Source of the DNA: Hyaloraphidium curvatum SAG 235-1
Lineage: Eukaryota > Fungi > Monoblepharomycota
Length of the DNA: 64,000 bases
NCBI GenBank assembly: GCA_025558095.1
Contig: JAIVFI010000018.1
Location: 186,001 to 250,000, forward strand
Direction of reading: 5' to 3'
Both the position numbers and the translations under genes were made by a program. Below the pieces are notes generated by a model. That model saw nothing but the letters and a program-made list of their open reading frames with translations. It did no database searches and was not told the origin of the DNA. Positions within the stretch are counted from its first letter, which is position 1, and every line of letters starts with the position of its first letter. Shown piece by piece: positions 43,801-56,661 of the stretch.

Positions 43801-45123
43801 TCATCCACAGACCGAGCGTTCGACAACCCACCAGTCGTAGAGCTTGCCAGTCTTGTTGACGTCGATCCGCAGGAGCTTCTTGGCGTCCTTCTTCTTGATG
43901 AACCCGTTGCGCTCCGTCCGCTCGAGGATCGTCTCCTTCGCCTTGAGGTACAGGTCCGGCCACAGCCTGAGCACCTCGCACGTGCGCAACTCGGGCTCCT
44001 CGAGCCGATCGTACAGAGGGTGCGACGGCGAGATGGTCAGGGGCACGCCCTTCCACTCGACCTCGGGCACGGGCCCTGGCCCGAACTCGGCGCGGATCTT
44101 CTTGGCCGGGGGCGAAGGGCCGCGGGGGTGGTCGTCGGCGGGGCGCTTGCTGCCTGCCGAGGAGGACGAGTGCCTGCGCGGGGCCGCGGCCGAGGAGGCG
44201 GCCGACTCAGCGCCGGCGCTGCGGTCCGACTTGAAGGAGGAGGAGCGCTCGCGCGTGCGCGGGGGCTCGGGCTTGTGCTGCGGTGCGAGGTTCGAGGGTT
44301 TGGCGGGGGCGTGGTCCGGCGCGGGGGGCGAGGCGGCCTTTGGCTGCGGCGCGGGCCTGGCGGCGGGCGCCGGCTCCGGGTCCGGCTCCTCGAACGACGG
44401 CCGGCGCACCAGTGGGGTGAGCAGGCTCCGGGGGTTGTCCTTATATGCGGTGAAGACGTCCAGCTTGAAGGTGCGGTCCTTTACGACCTCCTCGTCCGCG
44501 GTCTCGGCGGCCAGGTCGATTGCCAGCACCGGCACGTGCACCGGCGGCGAGGCCGAGCGCTGCGGGATGCTGGCCTTGCGCGGGTGGTGCGATGCGCGGT
44601 CCTGGGGCGACGAGGAGCCGGAAGGGCTGCCGAGGGGCGTGGGGTAGCACGAGGCCGGTGCGGAGTTTGCGTGCCAGGTCACAGGGGCGGCGCCGGCGGG
44701 GGCCAGGCCGGGCGTGCGGCCCCGGGGGCGGTAGTCCGCGGCCCAGAGGGCGCCCGAGGCCGGGGCGGCGGGGGAGCCGTGCGTCGGGTGCGGGAGGTAG
44801 CCATCCAGCGGGTCCGCGGGCACGGCGTGGGTCATGCCGGGGAACGAATCGTCGCCGAACGACGACGATGCCGACAGCGCGGGGGACGGCAGGCCCGAGG
44901 GCATCGCCCGGGGAGCGGGGCCGGGCGGCGACTGCGGGTTGCGCAAACCGAGCATCGACCGGTGGGGGTGCGACGAAAACAGCGCGGGCGCGGCGCCCCA
45001 CGGCCGCGGAGAGTGCGCCGGCGAGGCGAGCGCCGGGAGGGCGCCGTGCGGAGAGGGGCGGCGGAGATCCGAGGGCGGCGGGCCGTGCGCAGTCGCCAGC
45101 GGGCGGAACGCCGCGGAGGTCAT
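43801..45123 (-). CDS. SWIRM-domain protein (Fun19/Ada2 C-terminal type)
   Basis: WKGVPLTIS...LEEPELRTCEVLRL...YLKAKETI...DAKKLLRIDVNKTGKLYDWW. Confidence 0.88.
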   Translation of the reverse strand: MTSAAFRPLATAHGPPPSDLRRPSPHGALPALASPAHSPRPWGAAPALFSSHPHRSMLGLRNPQSPPGPAPRAMPSGLPSPALSASSSFGDDSFPGMTHAVPADPLDGYLPHPTHGSPAAPASGALWAADYRPRGRTPGLAPAGAAPVTWHANSAPASCYPTPLGSPSGSSSPQDRASHHPRKASIPQRSASPPVHVPVLAIDLAAETADEEVVKDRTFKLDVFTAYKDNPRSLLTPLVRRPSFEEPDPEPAPAARPAPQPKAASPPAPDHAPAKPSNLAPQHKPEPPRTRERSSSFKSDRSAGAESAASSAAAPRRHSSSSAGSKRPADDHPRGPSPPAKKIRAEFGPGPVPEVEWKGVPLTISPSHPLYDRLEEPELRTCEVLRLWPDLYLKAKETILERTERNGFIKKKDAKKLLRIDVNKTGKLYDWWVVERSVCG

Positions 45124-45685
45124 GGCGGGCGGGGCGCCGCCGGGGCGACGCCGGGAAAACGACGGAGACGGCGATGCGGGTGCGTGCGCCTTGCCCCGAG
45201 GTGCGGTACCGGGGGTAAAGGCGGTCAGGTGGGTGGTGTTGGATCGACTCCTCCAAGAAAGCCCCGCCTCACGCGGCTGTGCTGGCCAGCGAATCACATT
45301 CGAATCGCCCCCACACGCTTCTATGAGCGCCTTCCGGACCCGGCAACATGGCAGTCGGCTGATAACGTTGGTCGGGTGAACTACCGGGCCGAAAATGTCG
45401 TTGATCTACGGTGCAATCCGCGATGCGCGCGCCGGAAGTTCACTCAGCAACCGCCCCCTACATGCCGCGGGACGCAGATCCCCGGCTGATCATCACCGAA
45501 GGATCCATTTTCACAGGCACGAGTTGCCAACCATCTCTTCCAGTTTTCCAGCACCATCTTGGCACAAAAAGGAATCATCTGGATCAGATTGGTTTCGCCC
45601 GCGTGCTTCCACCGCCTTCCACGCCCTTCCGCTCCCTTCCAAACTAATCCACCTATTCGAACGGTCCAACCCCCGGTCCGGCCCC

Positions 45686-46936
45686 TCACATCCTCGCCTG
45701 CTCCTTCTTCCTGACCTCCTTGACCTTGTGCACCGGCTTGGTATCGCTCCGGATCACCTCGATTCCAGTCGGGTAGGCAACGACACCCGCCCCGGGCTGC
45801 AGGTCGTCCGACTCGATGCAGTACATCATCGCATCGGCAATGTCGTCCGTGGTGAGGATGTCCTGCGATCCGCGGGTCTGTCGGCGCGACTCGTCAGCGA
45901 TCGCCCCCCCCCCCCCCCCATGTGGGCCAAAACAGCAACGCACGTCCTTCGAGTTGGCAAACTGCTCCATCCCCGGCACCGAGAAGCTCGACAGCGCCAG
46001 CGGCGTCGTCACCGCCCCCGGCAGCACCGAATGCACCCTGATCTTGGGCCATTTCCGCCCCACGGAGCGCGTGAAATGATACACCGCCGCTTTGGTCGCC
46101 GCATACACGGGCAGGTTGGCCATGGGGATGTAGGCCGCGCCCGAGGCCGTGTTGACGACGGTGCCGGCCTTGTTGGAGGCGAGGAACTCCTGGATCGCGA
46201 GCTCTGCGGCACAAAGGGTCACGAAAGGAATGGCGGAGGCCCGAAGCACCAACGGGTCCCGTAGATGACCGCGTTGACGTTGACGTCGACCATGGTCTTC
46301 CAAGCCGTGCTCGCGTCCTCGGCGAAGAAGTACTTGTCGCCGTCACCTGTTCCGAGGCGCCGCCGCATTGGAGCTAGGTCGACCGGCGCAGACGGAGCTT
46401 TCCTACCAATGCCTGCGTTGTTGATGACGATGTCGACCGTTGCAAATCGCTTCATGCACTCGTCGAACACCTGTTTTACGCCGTCGAGAGTGGGTTGGAG
46501 CATGCCGGATCAGATACTGCGTCGACGGTTTCCGCCCGCGAACGGGTGAAACCCGACCTCCAGCCCACCTTCTTGACGCCCTCGAAGGTCGACAGGTCCG
46601 CCTCGACGAAGGGGAAGAAGCCGATGTCGAGCTCGCCTCCACTGCCCCCTTGTCACCCAACGCACGCCGGACTTGCTGGCAAAACACCCACTACTGCGTG
46701 TCCAGCTCCGCCGCCAGCTTCTCCCCCTTCGTCTTGTCCCGATCCGCCAGCACGACGATGGCCCCACGCGCCGCGAGCTGGCGGGAGACGGCTTCGCCGC
46801 TGGGTTGGGGTCAGCGCTCCGCGGGCGGCGGCAGGCGCGTCGGAGGGACATACAAGCCCGAGGCGGCACCGGTGACGATGCAGACCTTGCGGGTGAGGTT
46901 TTTCTTGTGCTTCTGGGGCGAACCGGCGGGCGCCAT
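45686..46936 (-). CDS. Short-chain dehydrogenase/reductase (15-hydroxyprostaglandin dehydrogenase-like), multi-exon
   Basis: CIVTGAASGL, DIVINNAGIG, VVNTAS, YAATK; C-terminal ARM is PTS1-like. Confidence 0.92.
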
Positions 46937-47128
46937 GGTGTTGGACAAGTGGGAGACGGTGTCTTCTCAGAGGCGGATGCGTGAGGCGACAGGCGATCCT
47001 TGGGTCGAGGCAACGAAGATCGTGATGCTGATCCTGCAGAGGTGATGACCGAAGCAGAGATGGCCTCGGGGTATTGCTCTCGTAGAGTTTCAATCGTTGC
47101 GGTCCCAGACGGCTTCTGCTCCGCACCG

Positions 47129-48007
47129 CTACATCAACTCTGACATTGCCACATCGCCGACACCACTGTCGCACCTCCTCGCCGCCGTGCCGCAGGTCCA
47201 GCCCGATTCCAACGCCGACGGCCCGGTCCAGGTCCCGCCGTACTCCTCCCCCAGTCCCGCCTCGCCGATCTCGTCCCGCATAGCCTTGATACCCACGACT
47301 TTGAGCTTGCTCGCGAGCTTTTGGCCCACCAGCACCTTAATCACCTTCCAGATGACCGGAAAGACGGAAGGAGGGTCCAGAACGTAGTACTTGGCCACCC
47401 TCAAAGGAAACCGGTCGCGGAAGACGGAAGGTATGTGCCTCACAAGTCCCGAGTGCGCGTTGGCGAGCCCGGCCCCGCGGCAATCGTTCACCACCGTCAA
47501 GCCCAAGGCCTGGGTAGCGGGATCGAAGGAGGCGATCTCGAGGGCGTGGTAGATGCCGCGCATTATACTAAGCGGTCCGCGTTCGAGGCGGTATGGGAAG
47601 CCCTTGGCGCTCCGGAGGACCATGATGAGGCCACCGTCACGGGTCCTTCCTTGCAGCTCCACGAACCCATCCCGCAGAATCACGTCGCGCACGTCGGGAT
47701 CGGCGTCCGAGGCGGGCAAACCGCGGAACCGCAGTGAGTCCGGGAACCCCGCCTGCGTTCGGCGGAAACGCCAGTAGTTTGCCAGCAGCGCGGCAGCGGC
47801 CTGCACGTTGCCCTTGCGGGCGGCGACGAAGCGCGCGAGGTTCTCGGGGTCCGTGTCGGTCGGGAGGACACCGTGGTCTTCGACGACCAAAGCGAGGAGG
47901 TCCGGGAGCATCCGGGCCACCTCCGGGGGCACGGAGCCCGGGCCGGCGCACGGCAAGTCACGGGAAAGCGCGGAGTAATGGCTGGAGAGGGAGGATTCGG
48001 GCGCCAT
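47129..48007 (-). CDS. CRAL-TRIO/Sec14 lipid-binding protein (alpha-TTP-like)
   Basis: LARFVAARKGNV..A..LL.NY, TQALGLTVVNDCRG, DRFPLRV, LGEEYGGT. Confidence 0.88.
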   Translation of the reverse strand: MAPESSLSSHYSALSRDLPCAGPGSVPPEVARMLPDLLALVVEDHGVLPTDTDPENLARFVAARKGNVQAAAALLANYWRFRRTQAGFPDSLRFRGLPASDADPDVRDVILRDGFVELQGRTRDGGLIMVLRSAKGFPYRLERGPLSIMRGIYHALEIASFDPATQALGLTVVNDCRGAGLANAHSGLVRHIPSVFRDRFPLRVAKYYVLDPPSVFPVIWKVIKVLVGQKLASKLKVVGIKAMRDEIGEAGLGEEYGGTWTGPSALESGWTCGTAARRCDSGVGDVAMSELM

Positions 48008-48550
48008 TGGAGGAAAGTAGTGTGGGAGAAGGTCCTTCGGGTGAAGGCGTTCATGCGGGGGCTGTGCGCGGCAAGGCCCGTGACCGTCCGCAACGCCGAA
48101 CCGCTAAACCTCAAACACATACCGGGCAGTAGCAACTGCGGATGCCATGTCAGATGGTGCCTTTAACAACCTGGAAGTCTGCCGGAGCGGGATTGCTATG
48201 TCATTGGTCTCCGGCCTGTAAGATCGACGGTCAAGGTGACGTTGAATCGGCACGTAGTTCGTCCTTTCGGATCCAACGTCATCTTTCCCTATCACACTGT
48301 TCCTCAAGCCGGTCGGAGCGGCAGCGTGAGGCAGTTTGGCCGGGAGGGAACGACGAGCGGTTTTCGCACCGGCCGCGGCGCCACATCCCGCAGCCAAAAC
48401 CCCGCACCGTTGACTACAAAAGCGCGGCGCCGCCGGCCGGTCCCAAGCGCGGATCTTTACCTCCTCTACCGTATCTCTTCGAAGGTACGCCCGCCGTGGT
48501 TGGCGCCCGCAGTTCTGCCCCTCACCCCTCCCGTCCCAGCTCCTCGAAAC

Positions 48551-48985
48551 ATGTCTGCCGCCGTCGCTCCCCAGAGCCACGTGTGCGACTGCGGTGCCGC
48601 CTGCACCTGCACGGCCTCCGGGAAGGCTTGCTCCTGCTCCTCCGCCCGCGCCGCCGCCCCCGCCGCCCAGACCCACGTCTGCGATTGCGGTTCCGCCTGC
48701 ACGTGCACGGCGTCCGGCAAGGCCTGTACCTGCTCTACCAACCGCGCGGCGGCCGCCGCCGCCGCCAAGGCCCACGTCTGCGATTGCGGATCCGAGTGTA
48801 CCTGCACCGCTTCCGGGAAGGTTTGCACCTGCTCGGGAAGCGCCGCCTCCGCTAGCTCGGCGGCGTGCAACTGCGGCGACCAGTGCACCTGCGACGCCTC
48901 TGGAGGTTGCAAGTGTGGGAAGAAGGCCGTCACCCAGGGCTGCGCGTGTGGCACCTGCGATTGCGCCGGGGAGTGCACGTGCTGA
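48551..48985 (+). CDS. Long modular metallothionein-like protein (144 aa, 30 Cys)
   Basis: Three HVCDCGxxCTCTASGKxCxC modules plus CNCGDQCTCDASGGCKC and CACGTCDCAGECTC; no aromatic residues and no signal peptide. Confidence 0.85.
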   Translation: MSAAVAPQSHVCDCGAACTCTASGKACSCSSARAAAPAAQTHVCDCGSACTCTASGKACTCSTNRAAAAAAAKAHVCDCGSECTCTASGKVCTCSGSAASASSAACNCGDQCTCDASGGCKCGKKAVTQGCACGTCDCAGECTC

Positions 48986-49110
48986 ACTGTCATTCTTCTC
49001 ATGTCTGGGACGAACGGGACTGCCGACTGAACTCTGACCTCTGTGGTCTGCGCTGCTCTCTCCTTCCTCTTTCGCCATGTACAAGCTCATATAGACTAGC
49101 CGCCATCCGA

Positions 49111-50317
<1,207 letters not shown>

Positions 50318-50385
50318 CTATAGCACTGTCGGAGGGTCTTTTGCTGCATCCGTTGCCTCCCCGCGCTCCCGTCGCCCCCGTCGCC

Positions 50386-51530
50386 ATGTCCCGGACGGAA
50401 CGTCCTCCGGAACACCACCGGCACGCACTTCAACCGTTCGAGCCGGATCCGACGCTTCCAGCACGGCAGCAGGTAGCTATGAGCTGCGATGTAGCTCCTG
50501 CACCCGAGAAGTGACGAGTGGGGAACGATTCCGCCACATCCAGGTCTCGCAGGTCCTGAAGCGTTACTGGTTCGACTGGTTGATGGCCATCAGCATCGTC
50601 ATCATCAATTGGCCGCTGGAAAACACGCTGACCCCGTGGAATCGTCTGTTCCGGATCGACGATCCGGACATTTCCTACCCGAACAGGCCCGACACGGTGC
50701 CGAAGGAGGCCATTGTGAGTCAGCCGCGCGAGATGTGCTTCCTTCGCCAGTGTGACACTGGCAATCTGCAGATTGTATTCATGCTCATCATCCCGACGGT
50801 CGTGATCGTGGCCATCAGCGGCATCATCCGTCCGCACGTGTTCGACTGCCACAACGCGCTGCTTGGCATGTTTTCGGCGGCCGCCATGTCGGGGTTCACG
50901 ACGGATCTGCTCAAGTCCGGCGTCGGCAGACTGCGGCCCGACTTCCTCGCGCGTTGCATCGTGAACCCGGTCCTCTACAACGGGACAATCCCACCCGGAC
51001 CCGCGGGCTTCTTCGACGAGAGCGTCTGCCTCACGACAGACAAGGGGAGCCTGCTCAATGGGCGGCAGAGCTTTCCGAGTGGCCACACGAGCGGTGGGCT
51101 CTGTCGATCTTACAAGGGCTCATTGACTGACGTCGTGTATCGTCCTCCAGGATCGTTCGTCGGCATGGCCTACCTATCGCTTTACCTCCTTGCCCACATG
51201 CCCACGCTTCTTCCTTTCCACCGCATCTCGCTCCACCTGCCCAACATCTTCATCGGCTTCCTGCCACTGAGCTTGGCCCTCTGGGTCGGCATCACTCGGA
51301 TCGAGGACTACAGGCACAATCCGACCGACGTCATGGGCGGCGCGATCGTGGGCATGTTTTTCGCCGGAGTCGGGTGGTGGGCGTTTGGGAGGCGGGGAGC
51401 CAGGGCTTGGAGGGTGGCCCAGAGGGACTATGGCGACCGGGAAGGGAAGGCGTACTACATTGAGGACGAGGCTGGCGAGCCGTATCAGCGTCTAGTCGGG
51501 GATCCCGACATCTCGGTCGTCGTATCATGA
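50386..51530 (+). CDS. PAP2 lipid phosphate phosphatase (Dpp1/Lpp1-like), multi-exon
   Basis: KSGVGRLRPDF, SFPSGH and TRIEDYRHNPTD motifs; about 6 TM segments. Confidence 0.92.
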
Positions 51531-51802
51531 TACTGCCTGTACAACCCGCTGCTGACGGATCTGTAGCTTCCCTCGCCAACGCTGGGAGATCATAAAGATC
51601 AATACTCCGTCGCCGCGCTCGGGCACCTTTCCTCAGGCCTGTCCGGTCAAAGGTGGCATCTTTGATATTCCGGGGAAATCGGTGCTGGCGACAGCGCCAG
51701 CATGAAGCGATCCAAGGCGCGGCGCCAAGAGACCGATTGACGGGCGTGAGACCGGAAGAGTCCATGGTGCCCCAATCCTGGCCATCGTTCCGCAGAGGCT
51801 CA

Positions 51803-52058
51803 TTAGCCTTTGGGAACTTCTTGCCCGTCTCTTCTCGGAATCGAGGAGCAAGCGCGCTTGAAATCGTCCCACTCCTTCAGGCACTTTGTCCGGTCTCCCT
51901 GGGTAGTCCATGGGGATCAGGTCTCGTAACAGCTCAACAGAGAGACACTGACGGACCTTGTTGGCGGCAAGGCACTTTTGCAGCGGCTCGTAATCGCAAA
52001 GGAGGGCGGCCGCCTGCGATCCCGTGAAGCCTCCGCTCTGCGGTAATGCCGAGTCCAT
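51803..52058 (-). CDS. Small four-Cys helical-hairpin (CHCH-like) protein, two exons
   Basis: CDYEPLQKCLAANK|GDRTKCLKEWDDFKRAC, joined across a GT-AG intron. Confidence 0.65.
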
Positions 52059-52352
52059 CGCGACGATGGCCCACTCCGGCGCGCCGCGCAGCTGCCCTAA
52101 TCTTCAGCTGCTGGGTTCCTCGTGGAACCGAACCGACGGGTCGGCGTCGCCTGGGAGCTCAGGCCCGAACGATGTTTACGCGACGTTGACGCGTTCGATC
52201 AAGGGTCCGACCCCCGACGCCGAGGGGTCCTTCGCTCCGTCGCTTGCTCAATCCTCTTGGCACGTGGCCGCGTGCTGAAGAAGTGCACACGCGGTGACGT
52301 GCTTGCACCGGGGAACGATTCGCGTCGGACGGTCCGTCAATAGGGGAGCACG

Positions 52353-54400
52353 ATGCCGACCGTGAAGGTTGGCACTGCCGTCCGGCAGACGATGGAGGGG
52401 TTCGGGACGTCGCTCTGGTACTCGCATTGCGCCTGCTGGATGGCAAGGCTGGCCGCTGAACGACGGTCCCGCGTTCGCGAACAGCTGGTGGGCCGGCCAG
52501 GTTGGAACGTGGTCGGATGCCAAGAGGAAGGAGATCCTGGACCTGGTCTTTAGCGACAGCGGCTTGGCCTTGAACATCATCAGGCACAACATCGCAAGTG
52601 TCTCGATAGCCGCGTCTCTTGCTTCGGCTTACCTTGCGTTGCTCAGGGCGGCGGCGAGAACCCGAAGTGCAAGTTCGGCAAGCACATGTTCGAGGCTCGC
52701 GACAGTGGGTTGAAGGAATGACTTACGGGACAAGAATTGAGCTTACTTTGTTGAAGTGCCCGGCTATGCGTCCGCCATGGGCGGCCAGGACCCGGCAACG
52801 GGCATGTTCACCTTCACGTGGACCTGGGATGCCGATGCCGGGCAAATCAAGGTGCTCCTCGACCTCGTCAACGGCACCAAAGCCGGACAATACAAGGTCA
52901 ACCATCTCGAAGCCTTCAACAACAGCCCCCCGTGGTTTCAGCTCGTCAGCCAGTGTGCTTCGGGCAATGAGGATGGCAACAAGGACAACCTGCGGCAGGA
53001 CATGTACAAGCCTTTCGCTGACTACCTCGCCCAAGTCCTGAAGTGGTTCAAGGACACCCACGGAATCGTGTTCGAATCCATCTCACCCTTCAACGAGCCG
53101 TCATCGTGGTGGTGGAAGGCGGGCGGATCGCAGGAGGGCTGCAAGATGTCGATCGGAGCCCAGCAGCAGGTCATCAGCTACCTCCTTCCGGACCTTCAAC
53201 AGCTTGGGATTTCGACCGAAATCGTTCTTTCGGACGACAACTCGATCGAGGACACCTACAACACCCTCAACCGGCGCGGCGGCATCCAGGTGCCGCAGGG
53301 GATGAACTTCTCGCGCGTCAACACGCACACTTACCACGGCGAGGACAAGGATCCCGCGAAGCGCATCGAGCTGTTCGAACACTGCTACTACCGTGGCAAG
53401 CGGCTGTGGATGTCCGAGTATAGCTCGGGTGGCAACGGCCAGCACCATGGCACCAGGTGATTCCGCATCGAGGTACTCCCCAGCCAAGCTGGGCTAACGC
53501 GATCATTCGCAGCATGGACGGCGCCATTCCCCTCGCCAAGACGATCATGCATGACCTCGCGTACATGGGGGTCACTGCTTGGGTCATTTGGCAGGCGGTC
53601 GAGGGATGGAAGGAGAACGTTCGGATCAACCAGAACTGGGGTGCCATTTGGGCCGTCTATTCCGGTGGGCTGGACGGGAATCCAGCCTGTTGGGAGCTGT
53701 GCCTTACGCAAACCTCCTCAGACTTCCCCGTCGGCTCCGAAACGTACGCCAAGGAGCGCTACCACCCGTCGAAGCAGGTGCGAAGAGCCTTTGGCAGCCA
53801 GCGCTGCATGACGCTCACAACGCGCAAACGTACAGTACTACGTCCTGAAGCAGTTCTCGAACTTCATTCGGGAGGGATGGTCGATCCTTGGTGTCCAGGG
53901 AGGCGAGGTCACTGCGGCAACGGGTCCTGGAGGCGCCGGTCTCGTCATAGTCGTCAACAATCTCGGCGATGCGGACGAGAGCTATACGTTCGATCTCTCC
54001 ATGTTCACGTTCTCGGCGTCCACCGTGGAAAGGTTCAGGACCTCGGACGAGGAGGCGTGCGCAAAGATCCCCGACCTCCAGGTGGAGAACAACCAGCTCA
54101 CGGACACGGCGATCAAGCGCAGCGTGACGACGTACCGGTTCCCCGGAGCCCAGTACAACTTTGGAAGCGTCGGGATCGCCGCGGCGCCGTCGCCGGGTCA
54201 CTTTGGAGGCGCTCAGCCGCAAAGGAACGAGCAGTGGATCAACACTCCTCGCCCGGAGCAGGCTGTGGACGACCTCAAACAAGGCGCGTATGCGAGTCTC
54301 GGTTATGTACTGCTCCTGACCACCTGCTGTAGACCTGAAGGATCTTGGCGGTCAAGTCAAGGGGGCATTTCAAGGCCTCATAAACGCCTTCAAGAAATGA
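52353..54400 (+). CDS. Glycoside hydrolase family 30 (endo-beta-1,6-galactanase-like), multi-exon
   Basis: QTMEGFGTSL, NIIRHNI, EAFNNSPPWF, catalytic PFNEP, QEGC, NTHTY, nucleophile LWMSEY. Confidence 0.88.
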
Positions 54401-54416
54401 TGTTCTACTGTGTGGT

Positions 54417-55436
54417 TCATAGATCGCCTACACGCTCCCGGAGATCGGCATCCCTCCACTGCGGTCCGAAACGATCATCCAGCCAATCCAGCACGCCGGC
54501 CATGCTGGTCAGGGAGTTGAAATTGCGCCGCTCTGCCGGCGAAAGGAAGGCGTGGGCCATGTACGAGAGGTGGTGATGCGCGATGAAGAAGTTGCTGCCG
54601 AGGGTCATCGAATAGCGGACGAACCGCGCGACTGCCGCCAAGGGCGTCACCGGGTACCCAGCAAACAACGCCGGGTTCGCCAGCAGACCGCGAGCGGCCA
54701 TGACGCCATCGACGCCTGTCTGGGAGACCATTTCGTCTGCGTCCGCCAGCGAGAAGATCGACCCGTTGAAGAAGACGGGAACGAAAACGGAGGACTTTAT
54801 CAAGAAGATGGCGTCCACGTTGACGGGTTCCGTCGACTTCTGACGCTTGGTCCGCCCGTGAACGGTTATCCAGTCACAGCCTGCCCTCTCCGCCCTTTGC
54901 GCGAGATCAACAGTCTTCCGCAGGTCCGGATGAACGCGGATCTTGATCGAGACCCGCAGAGGCGTGCCGCATGTTCTCCGAACAGAGCGCGATTTCGCCT
55001 CCCGCACCATCTCGGACACGAGCTCCGGGTGCTCCATGAGATGCGCCCCGATTCCCTCGTGGATCGCCCATCGTTGCGGGCAGCCGCAGTTGAGGTCCAT
55101 GCCGTCCACCCAAGGGGCGGCCAGCTCGACAGCATCGCCCAAATCCGCAGCATTCTTTGCGGCAAACTGGATGATGACCGGGCTGTCGGTTCCGTTGGTG
55201 GCATGCTCAGCTTCCCGAGCGATCGGCGCGCCCAAGAACTCTTTGGCGAGAATCATGGGAGTGTAGGCGATGTCGACGCCGTAATCACGCACCAAAGAAC
55301 GGAAAGGGAGCTTCGAGTAGCGCACCATGGGGGCGCAGACTTTTACGTAGCTCCGTTTGCGGCGAAGGTCATAGACCAGCTCCAGTGGGTCCTTCCGAGG
55401 GAGCTCCGGGAAAACGGCTTCGTCCACATCGTCCAT
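54417..55436 (-). CDS. DUS4: tRNA-dihydrouridine synthase 4
   Basis: CAPMVRYSKLPFR, YTPMILA, DLNCGCPQRWA, ITVHGRT, VMAARGLLANPALF. Confidence 0.92.
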   Translation of the reverse strand: MDDVDEAVFPELPRKDPLELVYDLRRKRSYVKVCAPMVRYSKLPFRSLVRDYGVDIAYTPMILAKEFLGAPIAREAEHATNGTDSPVIIQFAAKNAADLGDAVELAAPWVDGMDLNCGCPQRWAIHEGIGAHLMEHPELVSEMVREAKSRSVRRTCGTPLRVSIKIRVHPDLRKTVDLAQRAERAGCDWITVHGRTKRQKSTEPVNVDAIFLIKSSVFVPVFFNGSIFSLADADEMVSQTGVDGVMAARGLLANPALFAGYPVTPLAAVARFVRYSMTLGSNFFIAHHHLSYMAHAFLSPAERRNFNSLTSMAGVLDWLDDRFGPQWRDADLRERVGDL

Positions 55437-55586
55437 AAGCGCTTCCGTGCGGCAGCTAAGCTTAATCCGGGCGAGAAAACGCGATGCAGCGGCATAAGGC
55501 GAGCGCGGGGCGGTTTGAGACCAATTGTCTTCGCCTCGCTAACCAATGATGCATCAACGTCGCCTATCTTCAAGTTCGCAATGTAT

Positions 55587-56586
55587 TCAAAAGGCAGACT
55601 TCGGAGCCTCTGCGGCGGTCTCCAAGGCATCCTTCGTGATCTTGGCCACATCGATCTCGCCCTTCAAGAACGCGAGGGTCACTTCGGTATGCAGCTTGAT
55701 TCCCACAGGAAGCGCCTCGTCGCGTGCGTAGAAGTTTCCTGGAGGGGACGTTAATGAACAGTCTGGCAAGCGCCCAGATGCAGAACGATCACCGTTGTGG
55801 TTGAAGTGAATGCCCTTGCCTCCAGGGGTCGGGACGATGCGGTTCGTTCTGGGATCCAACTCCAGATCCTGGCAACCTAGCTGGGCATAGATGCCTCCGT
55901 ACCTGGGCGTAGAACCATGGCGATAGTCAATGGGCCGCGGGTGTCGTTGCGCCCACCGAATCGTACCGATTGATAAACTCGCTTACGTCGTCGTAGCCCA
56001 TCCTGGATTCGGTAACGTTCACGTTTCCCTTCCCAGCAACCCGCTCCAGCGTAGGCCACACGGCGCGGGTCCACGCCTCCGTGTGGACGATGGCGGGCAC
56101 GGCTTGCAGGAACTGTGGGTGAAGGAAATCAACCAGTGCGCCAGACAGTCGGTAGAGCGACTCAGATTCGTCACTCACTTCGCAAACAACGGTGCAATCG
56201 TGTGCTTGGCAGATGCCGTCGACTGTCCTCTTGATCTTCACGCACAGGGCCTCCATGTCCTCATCCTCGAGGGCGCGAACTGTGCCGTACAGAGTAACCT
56301 TGTCGCCGATGATGTTGAAACGCCCTAATGAGACCATGAGCTGTCGATAAAGAAGCTACGGAGACGCACAATGAGTGGAGCACATACCTTGGTCGACAAC
56401 GTGTCCGATGGAGATGGTGAAAGGACTAGTGGCTGGCATTTGCCGATAGATCGCAGGAAGGGCCGTAATGACGTTACCCGCACTGACGAGCGGGTCCCGC
56501 CCACCCCACGGCATCGACCCGTGGACTTGCTTCCCCTGGATCTCGATTCTGATCATGCGCGAAGCGGCGAAGTTGCTTCCGACCTG

Positions 56587-56661
<75 letters not shown>

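Noticed and set aside
45904-45919. C16 homopolymer
   Set aside because: Lies inside an SDR intron; no evidence of function and its length is error-prone.
48570-48840. Regularly spaced direct repeats as a CRISPR array
   Set aside because: The repeats are in-frame, vary at synonymous sites and encode metallothionein modules; no cas genes are present.
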